The notes below the pieces were generated by a model. The model had not been told where the DNA came from, did not search any database, and was given only the letters and a program-made list of their open reading frames with translations. Below, in pieces: positions 60,400 to 64,000 of a DNA stretch of 64,000 bases (its first letter is position 1; the number at the start of each line of letters is the position of its first letter). Source of the DNA: Cetorhinus maximus (taxonomy: Eukaryota). Made by a program: the position numbers and the translations under genes. The DNA lies in the NCBI RefSeq assembly GCF_964194155.1, contig NC_135901.1:10912001-10976000 (forward strand). The letters run 5' to 3'.

Positions 60400-62420
60400 T
60401 AGCAGGAATAGGCAATTCAGCCTCTCGAGCCTGCCCCACCATTCAATACGATCTTAATTGATCTCATTTCGGCCTGAACTCCAATTTCCCGCCCTCCCCC
60501 CATAACCTTTCAACTCTTTACTAATTAAAAATCTGTCTATCTCCTCCTTAAATTTATTCAGTGTCCCGGCATCCCCTGCACTCTGAGGTAGTGAATTCCA
60601 CAGATTCACGACCCTTTGAGAAAAGTAATTCCTCCTCATCTCTGATTTAAATCTACCACCCTTTAGCCTAAAACTATGGCCTCTTGTTCTACAATGCCCC
60701 ACAAGGGGAAACATCTGCTCATGTCTACTTTGTCTATCCCCTTTAGCATCTTATATACCCCAATTAGATCTCCTCTCATCCTTCTACACTCTAGCGAGTA
60801 TAGGCCTAAACTGCTCAATCTCTCCTCATAAGACAAGCCCCGCATCTCTGGAATCAATCTAGTGAACCTCCTCTGACCTGCCTCCAATGCAACAACATCC
60901 TTCCGCAAGTAAGGGGACCAAAACTGTGCACAATACTCCAGGTGCGGTCTCACCAATGCCTTGTACAGTTGCAACAATACTTCCCTATTTTTATACTCTA
61001 TTCCTTTAGCAATAAATGCCAAAATTCCATTTGTCTTCCTTATTACCTGCTGTACCTGCATACTAGCTTTCAACGATTCATGCACGAGGACACCCAGATC
61101 CCTCTGCACTGAAGCATTCTGAAGTTTCTCTCCATTTAAATAATAAGTCGACTTTTTATTCTTCTGACCAAAGTGGATAACCTCACACTTATCCACATTC
61201 AACTCCATCTGCCAAATTTTGGCCCATTCACCTAACCTGTCCATATCCATTTGTAAATTTTTTATTTCTTCATTGCAACTTACTTTCCCACCTATTTTTG
61301 GTGTCATCTGCAAAGTTAGCTATTGTACCTTCTATCCCTGAATCCAAATCATTAATATAGATTGTAAATAGTTGGGGCCCAAGGACTGAACCCTGTGGCA
61401 CCCTACTAGTTACAGCTTGCCATCCAAGGAGCCCTTCAATTCTCTGTGAATGTCTTTCAAATGCTGACAAATTCCTTCCTTCTTTTGAAATTCCATTTCC
61501 TTATGCCTGGGATGCAGACAGTGCTGGACACAGAGGGAGCAGCAAACCTGGTTCAGAGTGGACACGCTGGGTATATCCCTCCTTAAGTAAGGAGACCAAA
61601 ACTGTACACAGTACTCTAGGTGTGGTTTCACCAATGCCCAGTACAGCTGTAGCAAAACTTCCCTACTTTTATACTCCAACCCTCTTGCAATAAATGCCAA
61701 CATTCCAGTTACCTTCCTAATTTCTTGCTGTACCTGCATGCTAACTTTTTGAGATTTATGTGCCAGGACCCCAAGGTCCCTCTGTACTACAGCATTCTGC
61801 AGTCTCTCTCTACTTAAATAATTTCTGATTTTCTATTCTTCTTGTCAAAGTGAAAACCCTCACATTTTCCCAAATAATGCACCATCTGCAAGTGTTTTCC
61901 CATTCACTTAATCTAGCTCTTTGTTTCCTCACAATTTGATTTCCTACCCATCTTTGTATTGTCAGCAAATGTGGCTGCAATACACTCGGCCCATTCAACC
62001 ACGTCATTAGTATAGGTTGTAAATGGTTGAGGTGACAGCACTGATCCCATAATACCATAAGACTTAGGAGTAGAAATTAGGCCATTCGGCCCATCGAGTC
62101 TGCTCCGCCATTCAATCATGGCTGTTAAGTTTCTCAACCCCATTCTCCCGCCTTCACCCCATAACCTTTGATCCCCTTACCACCCAAGAACCTATCTATC
62201 TCGGTCTTAAATACACTCAATGACCTGGCCTCCACAGCCTTCTGTGGCAATGAATTCCAGATTCACCACTCTCTGGCTAAAGAAGTTTCTCCTCATCTCT
62301 GTTCTAAAAGGTCTTCCCTTTACTCTGAGGCTGTGCCCTCGGGTCCTAGTCTCTCCTACTAATGGAAACATCTTCCCCACGTCCACTCTATCCAGGCCTT
62401 TCAGTATTCTGTAAGTTTCC
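60400..62420 (-). mobile_element. Three adjacent minus-strand CR1 fragments
   Basis: ORFs 60663-61313, 61270-61470 ([19 protein letters not shown]...FADDTK), 61410-61739, 62207-62443. Confidence 0.9.
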
Positions 62421-62564
62421 GTACAGTTCTGTTGAAGGGTCATGAGGACTCAAAACGTCAACTGTACTCTTCTCTGCCGATGCTGCCAGACCTGCTGAGT
62501 TTTTCCAGGTATTTCTGTTTCTGTTTTGAATTTCCAGCATCCGCAGTTTTTTGTTTTTATCTCT
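62421..62564 (+). mobile_element. Short hammerhead-family-B repeat with 8-bp stem I and GUC triplet
   Basis: GTACAGTT CTGTTGA A GGGTC-ATGAG-GACTC AAAACGTC AACTGTAC then family body. Confidence 0.7.
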
Positions 62565-63179
62565 ATGTATTTAATTTCTTGTTAAATTAATAAACATTTA
62601 TGTTAGTTTAGATTAAAAAAAACCTTTTGAGACTGCGGTTTTATTTCTTAATTCAGAGCTGCATCTCAAAACATACCAATTGAAAATATAGGTTATGACA
62701 TTTGTTCAAGTTTCTATCTGGGATTTAAACAACTCAGCCTTTACCAACTGCTGTGTCATAACATCGCTGCAGTACTACATTACACGACTAGAAATAATAA
62801 TAAATGTACTTTATTACAGAAGCATAAATAATATATCTAATTTGTACAATATTACACCACTAGACATATCTATGTTGTTACAATCCCCTTAAAAGAAACA
62901 AATTCCCAGACAATCCTCAACGGAATAAATCGAAGGACAAGGTTAACTTTTAAAACTTATACTGTAACAATCAAACTAAAATCAACAAAAATGAAGCATG
63001 CATTAAAAGACAAATATTATTTGAATAGATAGGATAAATTTGACTTTAAACAGTTTATACAATAAAAAACAGGCTCCACAAAATCACCAGCATTTCCCCC
63101 CTCAGCATATTTGGCACTAATTCCAGTTACAGATTCCCGCAACTCTCTGTACTTCCCAGGGGAAGGAAAGAAAGTGATT

Positions 63180-63935
63180 TACTCACAGATGTTGGACAGA
63201 GGAGGAAGGTTAAGTGTCTGTGTGAAGTTAATAACAAACGCTGTGCTGTTTAAAACCAAACTCTGGAGAAAATGAGGGGAAGATGCATAGTAAACTCCCC
63301 TCCCCCACTCCCTCAGCTGGCAGCCCAGCGCGCAGGCGCAGAAAGCGCTGCTGACCGTGTTGTCCGGAGCAGGCGCAGTGCGGCTGCCACGAGCAGCCGC
63401 TCTCAGTAGCTTTTTGTTTTTATCTTTCCACCGATGCTGCCAGACCTGCTGAGTTTTTCCAGGTAATTCTGTTTTTGTTCTCGATCTCCTTTTGGGCCGC
63501 CGTAGACAGCAGCCATGGCCGTGGGGGTTCGCTCCGCGGCTTCTCGCTCTGGCCGGAGCCGCCAGCCGGTTGCCTGGAAACCTTGGCTCGAGAAGGTGCA
63601 GGAGGAAGGGGAACAATGGGTGGGGGTGGGGGTGGGGGTGGGGGTGGGGCTCTCGTGTCCGCGCGCCTGGCCTGCCCTGCCGCCTGGAACCCCAGCACGT
63701 CACCGCGGAGCAGAGTGATTCCTAATTGGCTGATTCAGGCAGGGTTCCATTGTGGACATCACAATGCGGAAGTTGGACAATGAGCTTCAGACTGAAACTT
63801 CCTCCTCTGGGCAACATCTGTGAGGAAATCAGTGTTTCTCCCTTTCTAATCTAATTCTGGTCTTAAATTGTTGACTTGCAGGAACTGAAGGAAATGAAGT
63901 TAATCCCGGGAGGGTGCAGACTCTGGAAAGGTTGC
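63180..63935. promoter_or_regulatory. Bidirectional-type CpG-rich promoter (cassette 4); right-hand gene presumably beyond the window, left-hand exon absent
   Basis: CGCGCAGGCGCA (~63329), X-box GTTGCCTGGAAAC (63569), CACGTCAC, ATTGG, CGGAAGT; colinear with 33385-34410. Confidence 0.8.
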
Positions 63936-64000
63936 CCCAGTTCTCTCAATGAAAGGGGTGGTTTGCCCAGTAGTTGGCCGGTATTTAATGAGACAGTACA

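Overview
Repeat-dense vertebrate genomic DNA, most likely from a cartilaginous fish (inferred from the repeat families: Deu-domain SINE, CR1 with ATTCTRTG tails, Penelope, GalEa-type Copia). The window is a cluster of tandem C2H2 zinc-finger (ZNF) genes with no visible KRAB, SCAN or BTB domain: six intact ORFs (7-12 intact fingers), three clear pseudogenes and several fragments. Many sit in a repeated head-to-head cassette: a CpG-rich promoter (NRF1-like, CCAAT; three close copies also RFX/CRE/ETS-like) with a ZNF transcription unit on each side, at about 16.9, 25.8, 33.9 and 63.5 kb. In the three complete cassettes the rightward gene is an intact 196-aa 7-finger ORF and the leftward gene is dead. 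The genes share a 5' leader of three decayed fingers with recurrent TGA codons and a short 3'UTR hairpin. The rest is nested TE debris (CR1, L2, RTE, Penelope, Copia, Gypsy, SINEs, probable solo LTRs), including two families of minimal hammerhead ribozyme motifs. ORF coordinates are exact; repeat boundaries and family names were judged by eye and are approximate.
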